DNA from: a bacterium
GTDB taxonomy: Bacteria; CAIJMQ01; JAADFP01
Length of the DNA stretch: 33,225 nt
Assembly (NCBI GenBank): GCA_027021085.1
Contig: JALUVB010000079.1
Location: forward strand, 1 to 33,225
Direction of reading: 5' to 3'
The position numbers and the translations under genes were made by a program. Under the pieces are notes generated by a model. That model ran no database searches. It was not told the DNA's origin and was given only the letters and a program-made list of their open reading frames with translations. This document shows positions 1 to 8,792 of this stretch, piece by piece; position 1 is the first letter of the stretch, and each line of letters starts with the position of its first letter.

Positions 1-140
1 CCAAATAAGGGTAAGAAGGCGAAGGGTAAAGATGGGTTACAAGGAGAATGCGCATAGTCTATTATACCTCTACTTTAAGGGAGTGAGTAGGTAAGCCTGC
101 CTGCCCCGAATTTTCTGGATGAGTAAGATACCTTGGTTTA

Positions 141-196
141 GTAGCGAGTAGCATTTTAGACTATAGACGGTAGACTATAGACGTTAGACTGGGAGA
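141..196 (+). repeat. Phased heptamer array (GTAGCNN)x2 then (TAGACNN)x5; 157-196 is copy A of a dispersed 40-nt element
   Basis: GTAGC starts at 141 and 148. TAGAC starts at 157, 164, 171, 178 and 185, an exact 7-nt spacing. 157-196 (TAGACTATAGACGGTAGACTATAGACGTTAGACTGGGAGA) differs from 15594-15633 at only 2 of 40 positions. Confidence 0.9.
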
Positions 197-200
197 GGGG

Positions 201-326
201 ATGCAGAATGCAGAACACAGGTGGGAGAATAGGTGCCCCGACAGGTGCCGGGATAGGGAACTGGCAACTAACAACTCACAACTCACAACTTTTAGACCAT
301 AGACTGCGGTCAGTAGTAAGTAGTGA
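201..326 (+). repeat. Patchwork of further phased heptamer arrays
   Basis: ATGCAGA x2 at 201-214. CAACTNA x4 with CAACT at 265, 272, 279 and 286. TAGACNN x2 at 293 and 300. GTAGTRA x2 at 313 and 320. Confidence 0.85.
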
Positions 327-375
327 AGGAAAAGCGAAATACAAGATATAAGCAGGGAATAGGTGCCCCAACAGG
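227..375 (+). repeat. Pair of 19-nt direct repeats GAATAGGTGCCCC(G/A)ACAGG
   Basis: 227-245 and 357-375 are identical at 18 of 19 positions and lie 130 nt apart in non-coding DNA. Confidence 0.8.
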
Positions 376-508
376 GGGCGGTAGCGGGCAGGCCATCCGG
401 ATGTATACCGGGGCAAATCACACCTTTACCCGGTTATCCCGGGATTCTGCCCCGCGGGATGCCGGGAAAGGGGATATTACTGTTTTCAGAGAAATTACTC
501 CTGAATTT

Positions 509-517
509 TGGTATCAT
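509..517 (+). promoter_or_regulatory. Candidate extended -10 promoter (TGgTATCAT) for the coaD block
   Basis: TG at 509-510, one base, then TATCAT at 512-517. This sits about 30 nt upstream of the coaD TTG start, ahead of the purine-rich GGGAGAGGTGAG. The same TTTTGGTAT(A/C)AT string recurs at 18256-18267. Confidence 0.35.
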
Positions 518-545
518 TGATAATATTAGGGAGAGGTGAGATTCA

Positions 546-1022
546 TTGATAATATACCCGGGAACATTTGACCCCATAACTTACGGACATCTGGACTTAA
601 TCGAAAGGGCCTGTCACATATTCAGCAGGGTTGTGGTGGCAGTGGCAGAGAATCCTGGCAAAAAGCCCTTTTTTACCCTGGCGGAAAGAATGGAAATGGC
701 CAGGGAGGCTACTTCCTCTTTTGCTCAGGTGAGGGTAGAAAGTTTTTCCGGCCTCCTGGTGGAATTTGTGCAGGAAAAGAAATGCCGGGTGATTCTTCGG
801 GGAGTAAGGGCAATATCTGATTTTGAGTACGAATTCCAGATGGCCCTTTCTAACCGGAAACTTGCCCCGGACATTGAAACGATATTCATGATGCCTAAAG
901 AAAATTACTCTTTCTTTAGTTCACGTATAATAAAGGAAATAGCCTCCCTGGGAGGAGAGCTATCAGAGTTTGTCCCTCCCCTGGTGGAAAGGAAGCTAAA
1001 AGAAAAGCTCTTTCAGCTATGA
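546..1022 (+). CDS. coaD: Phosphopantetheine adenylyltransferase
   Basis: 158 aa with a TTG start. The N-terminus IYPGTFDPITYGHLDLIERA carries the T/HxGH nucleotidyltransferase motif. ISDFEYEFQMALSNR is typical of CoaD, as is the length. Confidence 0.93.
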   Translation: MIIYPGTFDPITYGHLDLIERACHIFSRVVVAVAENPGKKPFFTLAERMEMAREATSSFAQVRVESFSGLLVEFVQEKKCRVILRGVRAISDFEYEFQMALSNRKLAPDIETIFMMPKENYSFFSSRIIKEIASLGGELSEFVPPLVERKLKEKLFQL

Positions 1023-2404
1023 GGTTTCTTTGTCTTCTCCTTGTTTTTTTATTTCCCCTTTTAAGCTATGCGGGGGAAATTCTCTGGATACCCATTGAAG
1101 GCGAAATCGAGTGGGGAAAGGCATCTTTCCTGAAAAGGGCACTTGCAAAAGCCTCGCAGGATAAGGTGGATGCAGTAGTCCTGGAAATTTCAACTTTTGG
1201 CGGAAGGCTGGATTCTATGATAGAGATGAGGGACAGCTTGCTTTCTTTTCCCATTCCCACTTTTTCTTTTATAAATCCCCGTGCCATATCTGCCGGCTCC
1301 CTGCTTGCCCTAGCCACTGACCATATCTATATTACCCCCGGCGGGACAATCGGGGCTGCTACACCGGTTACCGGAGGGCTGGGGAAGATGAAGGAGGCGT
1401 CAGAGAAGGTTGTTTCCTATACGCGTGCCCTATTTCGCACTACTGCCTCGGCAAAAAAACATTCTCCCCTGCTGGCCGAGGCATTTGTGGACAAGGATGT
1501 GGAGCTTGTGGAGGTGGAGGGGGGGAAATTGATGTACAAGCAGGAGGCGAAGGGGAAAAAAGTGCTCAGGGTAATCTCTCCCCGGGGAAAACTGCTGACT
1601 CTTTCCGGTAAGGAAGCCAGGCAGGTGGGACTGGCAGAAGGGAATCCTTCTTCCCGGGAGGAGTTCCTCAAGCTTTCCGGGTTGAGGGATGAAAAGATAG
1701 AAAAAGTATTTCCTAACCCGGGAGAAAAGCTGGCGGGTATTCTCACTAATTCCACGGTTTCTTCGCTTCTTTTCTCTTTAGGGATATTGGCCTTGATTTT
1801 TGAATTTACCATGCCGGGTTGGGGAATATCGGGGACTGCTGGGGTTATCCTTCTCTTGCTCTTTTTCACGGGCAAATACTTTGCCGGATTGCTGGAATGG
1901 CTGGACATTCTGCTTTTCCTGTTGGGCTGTACACTTCTTCTGGTGGAAGTATTTCTTATCCCGGGATTTGGCATAGCCGGAATAGCAGGGATACTATTGA
2001 TATTAACTTCGCTTTACCTCTCGCTGGTAAAATATCCTTTACCCCATACTCCTATAGAATGGAAAACATTTAGAGAGGCAATTTACTCGATTTCGTTCAG
2101 CTTTGCAGTTCTTCTTGCCGGGTTTCTCGCATTTCTCAAGTTTCTTCCTCGTACTCCGCTGTTTTCGCATCTCGCTCTTTCCACCTCTCTTAAGAAAAAG
2201 GAGTTTACCGCGCTTCCTGATTATTCTTTCTGGATAGGAAAGAGGGGAAAAACCATTTCCCATATCCGTCCTGCAGGCAAGGTGGAAATTGAAGGAAAAA
2301 TCATAGATGTGGTAAGCGAGGGCGAGTTTATAGAACCGGGAGAGATGGTAAAGGTGGTAAAAACAGAAGGCCCCCGCATAGTGGTGAAAAAGATAGTAGT
2401 GTAG
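1019..2404 (+). CDS. NfeD-family membrane-bound serine protease (ClpP-class N-domain, TM block, C-terminal NfeD OB-fold)
   Basis: 461 aa with a signal-like N-terminus. It has a ClpP/S49-like region (VVLEISTFGGRLDS ... PRAISAGSLLALATD) and four or five hydrophobic helices. The C-terminus GKRGKTISHIRPAGKVEIEGKIIDVVSEGEFIEPGEMVKVV is the NfeD beta-barrel signature. The start overlaps the coaD stop (ATGA). Confidence 0.85.
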   Translation: MRFLCLLLVFLFPLLSYAGEILWIPIEGEIEWGKASFLKRALAKASQDKVDAVVLEISTFGGRLDSMIEMRDSLLSFPIPTFSFINPRAISAGSLLALATDHIYITPGGTIGAATPVTGGLGKMKEASEKVVSYTRALFRTTASAKKHSPLLAEAFVDKDVELVEVEGGKLMYKQEAKGKKVLRVISPRGKLLTLSGKEARQVGLAEGNPSSREEFLKLSGLRDEKIEKVFPNPGEKLAGILTNSTVSSLLFSLGILALIFEFTMPGWGISGTAGVILLLLFFTGKYFAGLLEWLDILLFLLGCTLLLVEVFLIPGFGIAGIAGILLILTSLYLSLVKYPLPHTPIEWKTFREAIYSISFSFAVLLAGFLAFLKFLPRTPLFSHLALSTSLKKKEFTALPDYSFWIGKRGKTISHIRPAGKVEIEGKIIDVVSEGEFIEPGEMVKVVKTEGPRIVVKKIVV

Positions 2405-4249
2405 ATGCGTTTACAGAGTAAGCTTCTTATCATTCTGCTCGCGGTAACCGTTCTTTCTTTCCTGTTTAATATCCTCATCTCTCTTCTCCTGGTAAGGAAT
2501 ACACTTCTGCTGGTATTCAAAGAGGAGATTTCCGTATCGGGAGATATTTTGAGAAGGGATATAGAAGAAAGAGGCAGGGAGCTGGAGAGGTGGTTGGACA
2601 GCAACCTGACAGACTCTTCTTCCCTGAAGAGCAAATTGCAAGAAACCAGGAAAAGGTTCTCTTTCTGGAAAGAAAAAAAGATTTCCTACCTGCAGGAGAA
2701 CTGGCAGAACATCCCGGATAATAAGCCGCCGCTTCCTCTGTTTCTCCACAATCCGCTTTCCCGGTACCTGGGTAGCATTTCCCAGGCCTCGCTTCTACCC
2801 ATAAAAAGAATTTCCGTGGCTGATGAAACCGGATTCCTCCTTGCCTTTACTAAAAAGCCGGAGCACTTCTTGCTCTCCCGGGAAAAGTGGTGGGAAAAAG
2901 CAAAAAAGGGGAGTAAATTTGTAAGCTGGGACGGAACAGATATGTGCGTGATTATCCCGCTCATGGAAAAGAATACCTTTCTGGGGGTGGTAAAGGTGGA
3001 GGTCGAGGCAGGGAAATTGTTCCGCACGCTTAAATTCTTTTCTATAGGGGAAACAGGCAGTGCGCATGTCTTCCTGGGGGATACCCTGCTCATTTCTTCT
3101 GCCAACTGGAAAGGAAAAGGGGGAAGCCGGGCAATTCTTACTGGTAATGAGTACATAAGAAAAAAGTGGAAGTTGCGGTTCTTGCGTTCCCGCCAGCTGG
3201 GAGACTGGCGTTTAGTGGTGATACAAAAGAGAGAGGAGGGGCTGAGAAGCTACCGGGAAGTCTTCTACCATATTCTCAGGCAGTTTATAGTTATCGTAAT
3301 CGGTGTGGCTTTATTAGGCATATTTTTCTCCCGGCGTGTCACCCTGCCTTTGAGAAAAATAGACAAGTTTGCCCACGAGTTTGCTTCCGGGAAGCTGTCC
3401 ACCCGCATATCCATAAAAACCGCTGATGAGCTTGAGTCTCTTGCCCACTCGCTTAATTCCATGGCAGATAGGTTGCAGGAGAACCTGAAAACCCTGCGGG
3501 AGCAGAAAGAGATGCTGGAGGAGGCAAGCGAAATGAAATCCACTTTTATTTCTGCTGTATCCCACGAGTTCAAAACTCCGCTTACCATAATTCGTAATTA
3601 TGCCCATCTTCTTGCTACGGGTAAACTGGGAGAGGTCAATCCCGAGCAAAAAGAAAGGCTGAAGAAGATAAGCACGCATGCACAGTATTTAGCCCGCTTG
3701 GTGGATAACCTGCTTAACTTTTCCCGTCTGGAATCCGGGGAGTGGGAAACATTTTTTACCAAATTCTCACTGCGCGGTTTACTGGAAAAAGTAAAGGAAG
3801 ACTTTTCCCCCTTTGCCCGGGAAAAGGGAGTAGAGATAGTGCTGCAGCTTCCTTCCCGCCTGCCTTCTATCTATTCAGACCCTTTTGCCCTGAAAATTAT
3901 TATGGATAACCTGGTAGAAAACGGGATAAAGTTCACATTAGGGGCAGGAAAGGTTATAATAAAAGCAGGCAAGGAAGAGGGGAAAGTAAAAATTGAGGTG
4001 GAAGATATGGGGATAGGAATTCCGGAAGGTGAGGAAAACAGGATATTTGAACCGTTCTATCGGGTAGACAAAGAGGAAGCGCGTAAGGGATGGGGTTCTG
4101 GATTGGGGCTTTCTATAACTGCCAGGTTAGTGGAACTTCTGGGGGGGAAAATAGCGGCAAAAAACAAAAAGGAGGGGGGAAGTATATTTCTCCTCTGGTT
4201 GCCGTTGAGATCGGGCGATACAATAGAAAAGGGAGGCAAGGATGGCTAA
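2405..4249 (+). CDS. Sensor histidine kinase (2 TM, roughly 260-aa extracytoplasmic domain, HAMP, HisKA, HATPase_c)
   Basis: 614 aa. H-box FISAVSHEFKTPLT, N-box IMDNLVENGIKF, G-boxes VEDMGIGIP and GSGLGLSI. A HAMP-like segment follows TM2 (IVIVIGVALLGIFF). Confidence 0.9.
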   Translation: MRLQSKLLIILLAVTVLSFLFNILISLLLVRNTLLLVFKEEISVSGDILRRDIEERGRELERWLDSNLTDSSSLKSKLQETRKRFSFWKEKKISYLQENWQNIPDNKPPLPLFLHNPLSRYLGSISQASLLPIKRISVADETGFLLAFTKKPEHFLLSREKWWEKAKKGSKFVSWDGTDMCVIIPLMEKNTFLGVVKVEVEAGKLFRTLKFFSIGETGSAHVFLGDTLLISSANWKGKGGSRAILTGNEYIRKKWKLRFLRSRQLGDWRLVVIQKREEGLRSYREVFYHILRQFIVIVIGVALLGIFFSRRVTLPLRKIDKFAHEFASGKLSTRISIKTADELESLAHSLNSMADRLQENLKTLREQKEMLEEASEMKSTFISAVSHEFKTPLTIIRNYAHLLATGKLGEVNPEQKERLKKISTHAQYLARLVDNLLNFSRLESGEWETFFTKFSLRGLLEKVKEDFSPFAREKGVEIVLQLPSRLPSIYSDPFALKIIMDNLVENGIKFTLGAGKVIIKAGKEEGKVKIEVEDMGIGIPEGEENRIFEPFYRVDKEEARKGWGSGLGLSITARLVELLGGKIAAKNKKEGGSIFLLWLPLRSGDTIEKGGKDG

Positions 4250-4649
4250 GATAATGGTGGTAGATGATGCAGAGGATTTGGTTGACTCTATAGCCATATA
4301 CCTGGAGAAGGAGGGACACAAGGTAATAAAAGTATATACCGGGGAGGAGGCTTTGCGGTTGGCTCCTCTGGAAGCACCGGACCTCATTGTGCTGGATGTA
4401 AATCTTCCTCGCCTGGATGGTTTCGAAGTAGCGCGGCGTTTAAAGGGGCACGTGCTTACTGCTGGCATTCCTATAATCTTTCTTACGGTAAGAACTGCCC
4501 TGAAAGACAGGGTACAGGGATTAAGCCTGGGGGCGCTTGAGTATATCGCCAAGCCTTTTTCCATGGAGGAGCTGAGCAAAAGAATCAAAGAAGTACTGGC
4601 CAGGGTCAAAGAAGCCAGAAGAAAATTAAGGTGGAGAAGAAAGCGATGA
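4242..4649 (+). CDS. Single-domain (receiver-only) response regulator
   Basis: 135 aa. Acidic pocket MVVDDAED, phospho-acceptor context LIVLDVNLPRLDG, conserved T (FLTVR) and K (YIAKPF). No output domain. The start overlaps the kinase gene end by 8 nt. Confidence 0.9.
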   Translation: MAKIMVVDDAEDLVDSIAIYLEKEGHKVIKVYTGEEALRLAPLEAPDLIVLDVNLPRLDGFEVARRLKGHVLTAGIPIIFLTVRTALKDRVQGLSLGALEYIAKPFSMEELSKRIKEVLARVKEARRKLRWRRKR

Positions 4650-5128
4650 GCAGGGTGCTTCTCTTCTATCTGGGAGGATTGCTGCTTATCTTCCTGGAAT
4701 TATATCTTCCCGGGGGAATACTGGGTACCATAGGAAGCATTTTAATTGTAGTGAGCATGGTATATGCGTATCGCGTTTTACCCCAGCAGGCGCCTTTAAT
4801 TATTGCTTTCCAGATTTTACTGGGAGGGATTCTTATTTATATCTGGATAAAACAGTTTCACCGCACGCGCTGGGGGAAGAGGTTAATCCTGGAGGAAAAG
4901 GAGGATACTAACAGGGGATATGTGGCCCAGGAAAAAGAGCTGGAGAAGCTGGTGGGGAAGGAGGGAATCACCCTTACCCTGCTCAGGCCGGTGGGTATAG
5001 CAGAAATAGAAGGCAAGAGAGTAGGAGTGGTAACCGAAGGGATATATGTAGGGAAAGGGAAAAAGGTGCGGGTTTTGGAAGTAAGCGGCAATCAGCTGAA
5101 AGTCAAGGAGATTGAAGAAGATGCTTGA
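4646..5128 (+). CDS. Short NfeD-family membrane protein (TM helices plus C-terminal OB-fold)
   Basis: Hydrophobic N-terminal half, then GKEGITLTLLRPVGIAEIEGKRVGVVTEGIYVGKGKKVRVLEV, an NfeD C-terminal barrel. ATG 4646 overlaps the response-regulator stop (ATGA). The ORF track's GTG at 4631 is an alternative start. Confidence 0.8.
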   Translation: MSRVLLFYLGGLLLIFLELYLPGGILGTIGSILIVVSMVYAYRVLPQQAPLIIAFQILLGGILIYIWIKQFHRTRWGKRLILEEKEDTNRGYVAQEKELEKLVGKEGITLTLLRPVGIAEIEGKRVGVVTEGIYVGKGKKVRVLEVSGNQLKVKEIEEDA

Positions 5129-5432
5129 AAAAATACTCCTGGAAATGTTGGAAGCTTTTCTGCAGGAAGCAAGGGACACCCAGCACCTTGGCTCAGGATA
5201 TTATACCTGCTTACCTTTCATAGAGAGGTATAATAAACTTCTGAAAAAGGTAAAAGAAATTTTGCCGGAAGGTAAAGGTATTTTGGACACCTTCTCTGCT
5301 CTGGATGAGTCGGTTCCTACCGACCCTCTGGAGAAGACCAAGGTAATGGAAAAGATTATCGTGGAAAGTGGCCAGTTAATTGCTTTCCTTAAGAGTATAA
5401 TGGATAAAGAGGAAAAAGGAGGGAAAGGATGA
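5112..5432 (+). CDS. Hypothetical small helical protein encoded between the NfeD and FloA genes
   Basis: 106-aa ORF with no motif I recognise and no TM segment. It is nested by overlaps with both neighbours (TTG 5112 or ATG 5121; its stop overlaps the floA start), which suggests translational coupling. Confidence 0.55.
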   Translation: MKKMLEKILLEMLEAFLQEARDTQHLGSGYYTCLPFIERYNKLLKKVKEILPEGKGILDTFSALDESVPTDPLEKTKVMEKIIVESGQLIAFLKSIMDKEEKGGKG

Positions 5433-6421
5433 AAGGTTTTGTTGTTTTTCTGATAGTGATAGTGGGGTTGGTAGTGGCAGGTACGATAATCCGGTTTTTT
5501 GGCTTATGGTTCAGGGCGCTTCTCTCCGGTGCGCGCGTGGGGTTAATGAACCTGGTGGGGATGACCCTGCGCAAGGTGAACCCCGCAGTCATTGTAAATT
5601 CCCGCATAATGGCAGTGAAGGCGGGGCTTGCGGTAAATACGGATGAGATGGAAGCGCATTTCCTGGCCGGAGGTAATGTGGTAAGGGTAGTCCAGGCGCT
5701 CATTGCTGCCAACAAGGCAAATATACCGCTCAGCTTTGCCGAGGCAGCCGCAATTGACCTGGCCGGAAGGGATGTGCTGGATGCAGTGAGGACCTGTGTC
5801 AATCCCAGGGTGATTGATTGTCCTGACCCTTCCCGGGGTAGTCCCACTGTGGCCGCGGTGGCAAAAGATGGTATCCAGTTGAAGGCAAAGGCAAGGGTAA
5901 CCGTACGGATGAATATTGAGAGACTGGTAGGTGGTGCTACAGAAGAGACGGTTATTGCCCGAGTGGGAGAGGGGATAGTGAGTGCTATCGGCTCTTCGGA
6001 GTCGCATAAATCAGTCCTGGAAAATCCCGATGTTATTTCCAAGGCAGTGCTTGCCAAGGGATTGGATGCAGGCACGGCATTTGAAATTCTTTCCATAGAT
6101 ATTGCGGATATCGATGTGGGTGATAATATCGGAGCCAGGTTGCAGATAAAACAGGCGGAAGCTGACAAGCAGATTGCCCAGGCAAGGGCTGAACAGAGAA
6201 GGGCAATGGCAGTAGCCATGGAACAGGAAAATAAGGCCAGGATTGCAGAGATGCAGGCAAAACTCGTGGAAGCGGAAGCAGAAGTGCCCATGGCCATTGC
6301 CGAGGCATTTCGCAAGGGACAGCTGGGAATCATGGATTATTACCGGCTCAGAAATATCCAGGCAGACACGCGTATGAGAGACTCTCTTGCAGGTGATGAG
6401 AAGAGGGAAAAACAGAAATGA
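5429..6421 (+). CDS. floA: Flotillin-like protein FloA (YqfA/UPF0365, SPFH superfamily)
   Basis: 330 aa. It is near-collinear with B. subtilis FloA as I recall it: N-terminal [106 protein letters not shown]. Confidence 0.93.
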   Translation: MKGFVVFLIVIVGLVVAGTIIRFFGLWFRALLSGARVGLMNLVGMTLRKVNPAVIVNSRIMAVKAGLAVNTDEMEAHFLAGGNVVRVVQALIAANKANIPLSFAEAAAIDLAGRDVLDAVRTCVNPRVIDCPDPSRGSPTVAAVAKDGIQLKAKARVTVRMNIERLVGGATEETVIARVGEGIVSAIGSSESHKSVLENPDVISKAVLAKGLDAGTAFEILSIDIADIDVGDNIGARLQIKQAEADKQIAQARAEQRRAMAVAMEQENKARIAEMQAKLVEAEAEVPMAIAEAFRKGQLGIMDYYRLRNIQADTRMRDSLAGDEKREKQK

Positions 6422-6831
6422 AGTTATTGTTCATAATCTTAGGATTCATACTATTTACTCACTTCATTCAGAGGCTTTTTCGCGAAACAGCTGCCCAGGA
6501 TGAATATGTGGCCAAACAGGAAGAAATAGAAAAGTTCCTGCAGGAGGCTTCTACTGCCGGGAAGGAGGATATGCCGGAATTCCCCTCGGAGATGCCTCCT
6601 CCCCGGATGGAAGAAACTCGTGTGCCTCCTCCCCGGGAGCAGGAAGAGCCTGTGTGCTCTCTCGTTGCGAAGCCTGAGCCGGGAGCTCCCTGCCATTCTA
6701 CTGCAGAGGAGGTCACCTGGAAGCCTGAAATTATCCTCACCCGCGAAGGGTTGAGAAATGCCATACTCTACCAGGCAATTCTTGGGCCACCCCGGGCAGA
6801 AAAAGAATGGGAATGGACGGGGTTGAAATGA
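6418..6831 (+). CDS. Hypothetical membrane-anchored Pro/Glu-rich protein
   Basis: 137 aa with one N-terminal TM ([15 protein letters not shown]). A low-complexity [26 protein letters not shown] linker is followed by the C-terminal segment [20 protein letters not shown]. The start overlaps the floA stop. Confidence 0.55.
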   Translation: MKLLFIILGFILFTHFIQRLFRETAAQDEYVAKQEEIEKFLQEASTAGKEDMPEFPSEMPPPRMEETRVPPPREQEEPVCSLVAKPEPGAPCHSTAEEVTWKPEIILTREGLRNAILYQAILGPPRAEKEWEWTGLK

Positions 6832-6841
6832 AGCGGCATAT

Positions 6842-7144
6842 GTGTTATTCTTCCTTGCTATGTTTACTTTTTTAATAGCGCTTCATATCCTGGTTTCCAT
6901 ACTCCTGATTCTCATTGTGCTCTTCCAGGTGGGAAAAGGAGCCGGGCTTTCCAATATCTTTGGGGGAGGCCCCAGCGGTGTGTTTGGTGCTTCTACCAGC
7001 ACCTTCTTCACCCGGCTTACCTCCGGGGTGGCGATAGTATTCATGCTCACTTCCCTTTACCTCTCGCTCATTGCACACGAGAAATTTACCCAGTCTTCTC
7101 TGAAAAACCTGCTTATAAAAGGGCAATCTCTACCCAAAAAGTGA
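6842..7144 (+). CDS. secG: Preprotein translocase subunit SecG
   Basis: 100 aa with two TM helices. The characteristic LFQVGKGAGLSNIFGGG motif follows TM1. GTG start; an internal ATG 18 nt downstream is an alternative. Confidence 0.85.
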   Translation: MLFFLAMFTFLIALHILVSILLILIVLFQVGKGAGLSNIFGGGPSGVFGASTSTFFTRLTSGVAIVFMLTSLYLSLIAHEKFTQSSLKNLLIKGQSLPKK

Positions 7145-8739
7145 GAAGAGTTACTGCTTTTATCCTGTTAATCATTACCCTGAGTTTCTCTCTTTATGCG
7201 GGGGAAAAGCCGGAGTATGGAGGGGCTATCGTGGTGGGCTCCATTGGCGATGCTTCCACGCTTATCCCTTTCGTAGCCTCAGACTCAGCCTCTCAGGACA
7301 TTTGTGGGCTAATCTACAATGGGCTCTTAAAATACGATAAAAACCTTGAGCTGACCGGGGACCTGGCAGAATCCTGGGAGGTCTCCCCGGATAATTTAAC
7401 TATTACCTTCCACCTGAGAAAAGGGGTGAAGTGGCAGGATGGCAAGCCTTTTACTGCAAAGGATTGCCTTTTTACCTACCAGAAGCTAATCGATCCCAAG
7501 GTGCGTACTCCCTATGCTTCAAGTTTTCTCCTGGTAAAAGAAGCAAAGGTTATAGATGACTATACTTTCCAGGTAACCTACAAAGAGCCATTCTCTCCGG
7601 GGCTCTCTTCCTGGACCATGTGGATAGTGCCTGAGCATCTCTTAAAGGGAGAAGACCTGAATACCACTTCCTACGCCAGGAATCCCGTGGGCACGGGCCC
7701 CTATAAATTTCTGCAATGGAAAACAGGCGACAAGATTGTTTTAAAATCCAACCCGGATTACTTTGAAGGAAGCCCCTATATTTCCCGTTACATCTACCGA
7801 ATTATTCCTGACCAGGCCACCATGTTCATGGAGCTCAGGGCAGGAGGAATAGATGAGATGGGGCTTACCCCCTACCAGTTCAAATTGCAGACGAACTCTC
7901 CCTTTTTCCGGCGTAATTTCCGGAAATTTCGCTATCCCAGTTTCGGCTACACTTACCTGGGGTATAACCTGAATAACCCCTTGTTTAAAAGTAAAAAAGT
8001 TCGCCAGGCACTTACCATGGCCATTGACAGGGAAGCCATAATTGACGGAATCCTCCTGGGGCTGGGCACTGTCTCCACGGGCCCCTTTGTTCCCTCCTCC
8101 TGGGCTTACAACCCCGAGGTAAAGCCTTTTCCCTACAATCCGGACAAAGCTAAAGAGATGTTAAAAGAGGAAGGATGGTGGGACCATGACGGAGACGGAA
8201 TTATTGATAAGGACGGTGTTCCCTTCTCCTTCACCATCGTTACCAACCAGGGGAATATACAGCGAAAAAAATGCGCAGAGATTATCCAGGATAACCTGGG
8301 TAAAATCGGGATTAAGGTAGAGATAAGAATAATAGAGTGGGCTACTTTTTTAAGTGAATTCATTGATAAGAAGAAATTTGATGCAGTGATATTGGGCTGG
8401 GCTGGATTGGCAGGTGACCCGGACCCCTACGATATATGGCATTCCTCCCGCACCCGGGAAGGAGAATTCAATTTTATCTCTTACAAAAATAAAGAAGTTG
8501 ATGAACTGTTGGTAAAGGCAAGGAGAACCTTTGACCTGGAAGAGCGAAAAAGATACTACCACAGGATTCACCGGCTAATCTATGATGACCAACCCTACAC
8601 CTTTCTCTATGTTCCTGATTCCCTGGTAATTATACATAGGCGATTCAGGGGGGTAGAACTTGCTCCTGCGGGTATTGGGTATAATTTCATAAAATGGTGG
8701 GTTCCCCGTAAAGAACAGAAGTACCACTTTGAGAAGTGA
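7141..8739 (+). CDS. ABC transporter substrate-binding protein, family 5 (peptide/nickel, DppA/OppA-like)
   Basis: 532 aa with an N-terminal signal or anchor. Family-5 hallmarks as I recognise them include LLKYDKNLELTGDLAESWEVSPDNLTITFHLRKGVKWQDG, NPVGTGPYKF and GWAGLAGDPDPYDIWHS. No permease or ATPase genes are adjacent. Confidence 0.88.
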   Translation: MRRVTAFILLIITLSFSLYAGEKPEYGGAIVVGSIGDASTLIPFVASDSASQDICGLIYNGLLKYDKNLELTGDLAESWEVSPDNLTITFHLRKGVKWQDGKPFTAKDCLFTYQKLIDPKVRTPYASSFLLVKEAKVIDDYTFQVTYKEPFSPGLSSWTMWIVPEHLLKGEDLNTTSYARNPVGTGPYKFLQWKTGDKIVLKSNPDYFEGSPYISRYIYRIIPDQATMFMELRAGGIDEMGLTPYQFKLQTNSPFFRRNFRKFRYPSFGYTYLGYNLNNPLFKSKKVRQALTMAIDREAIIDGILLGLGTVSTGPFVPSSWAYNPEVKPFPYNPDKAKEMLKEEGWWDHDGDGIIDKDGVPFSFTIVTNQGNIQRKKCAEIIQDNLGKIGIKVEIRIIEWATFLSEFIDKKKFDAVILGWAGLAGDPDPYDIWHSSRTREGEFNFISYKNKEVDELLVKARRTFDLEERKRYYHRIHRLIYDDQPYTFLYVPDSLVIIHRRFRGVELAPAGIGYNFIKWWVPRKEQKYHFEK

Positions 8740-8792
8740 AAGCCTGGAGACAGTCCTTCATCCCGTGGCAAAAATAAGGATGTAGTAGAAAA

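Noticed and set aside
141-326. Could the short regularly spaced repeats be a CRISPR array?
   Set aside because: The units are 7 nt and directly abut, with no 25-40-nt repeats and no unique spacers. No cas genes are present apart from an unrelated solo Cas4-like nuclease 8 kb away. This is a micro/minisatellite-type structure, not CRISPR.
161-520. ORFs 161-421 (minus, 86 aa) and 323-520 (plus, 65 aa)
   Set aside because: Both lie wholly inside the heptamer and direct-repeat region, translate to low-complexity sequence, and have no SD or recognisable motif. They are most likely artefacts of stop-poor repeats.
1417-1974. 185-aa minus-strand ORF; similar antisense ORFs at 2221-3156, 4127-4609, 11591-12453 and 21820-22212
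   Set aside because: All are antisense to genes with strong family signatures, and none carries a motif of its own.
5389-6333. 314-aa minus-strand ORF
   Set aside because: It is fully antisense to the very well supported floA gene. Its Ala/Ser/Thr-rich translation is typical of a shadow frame.
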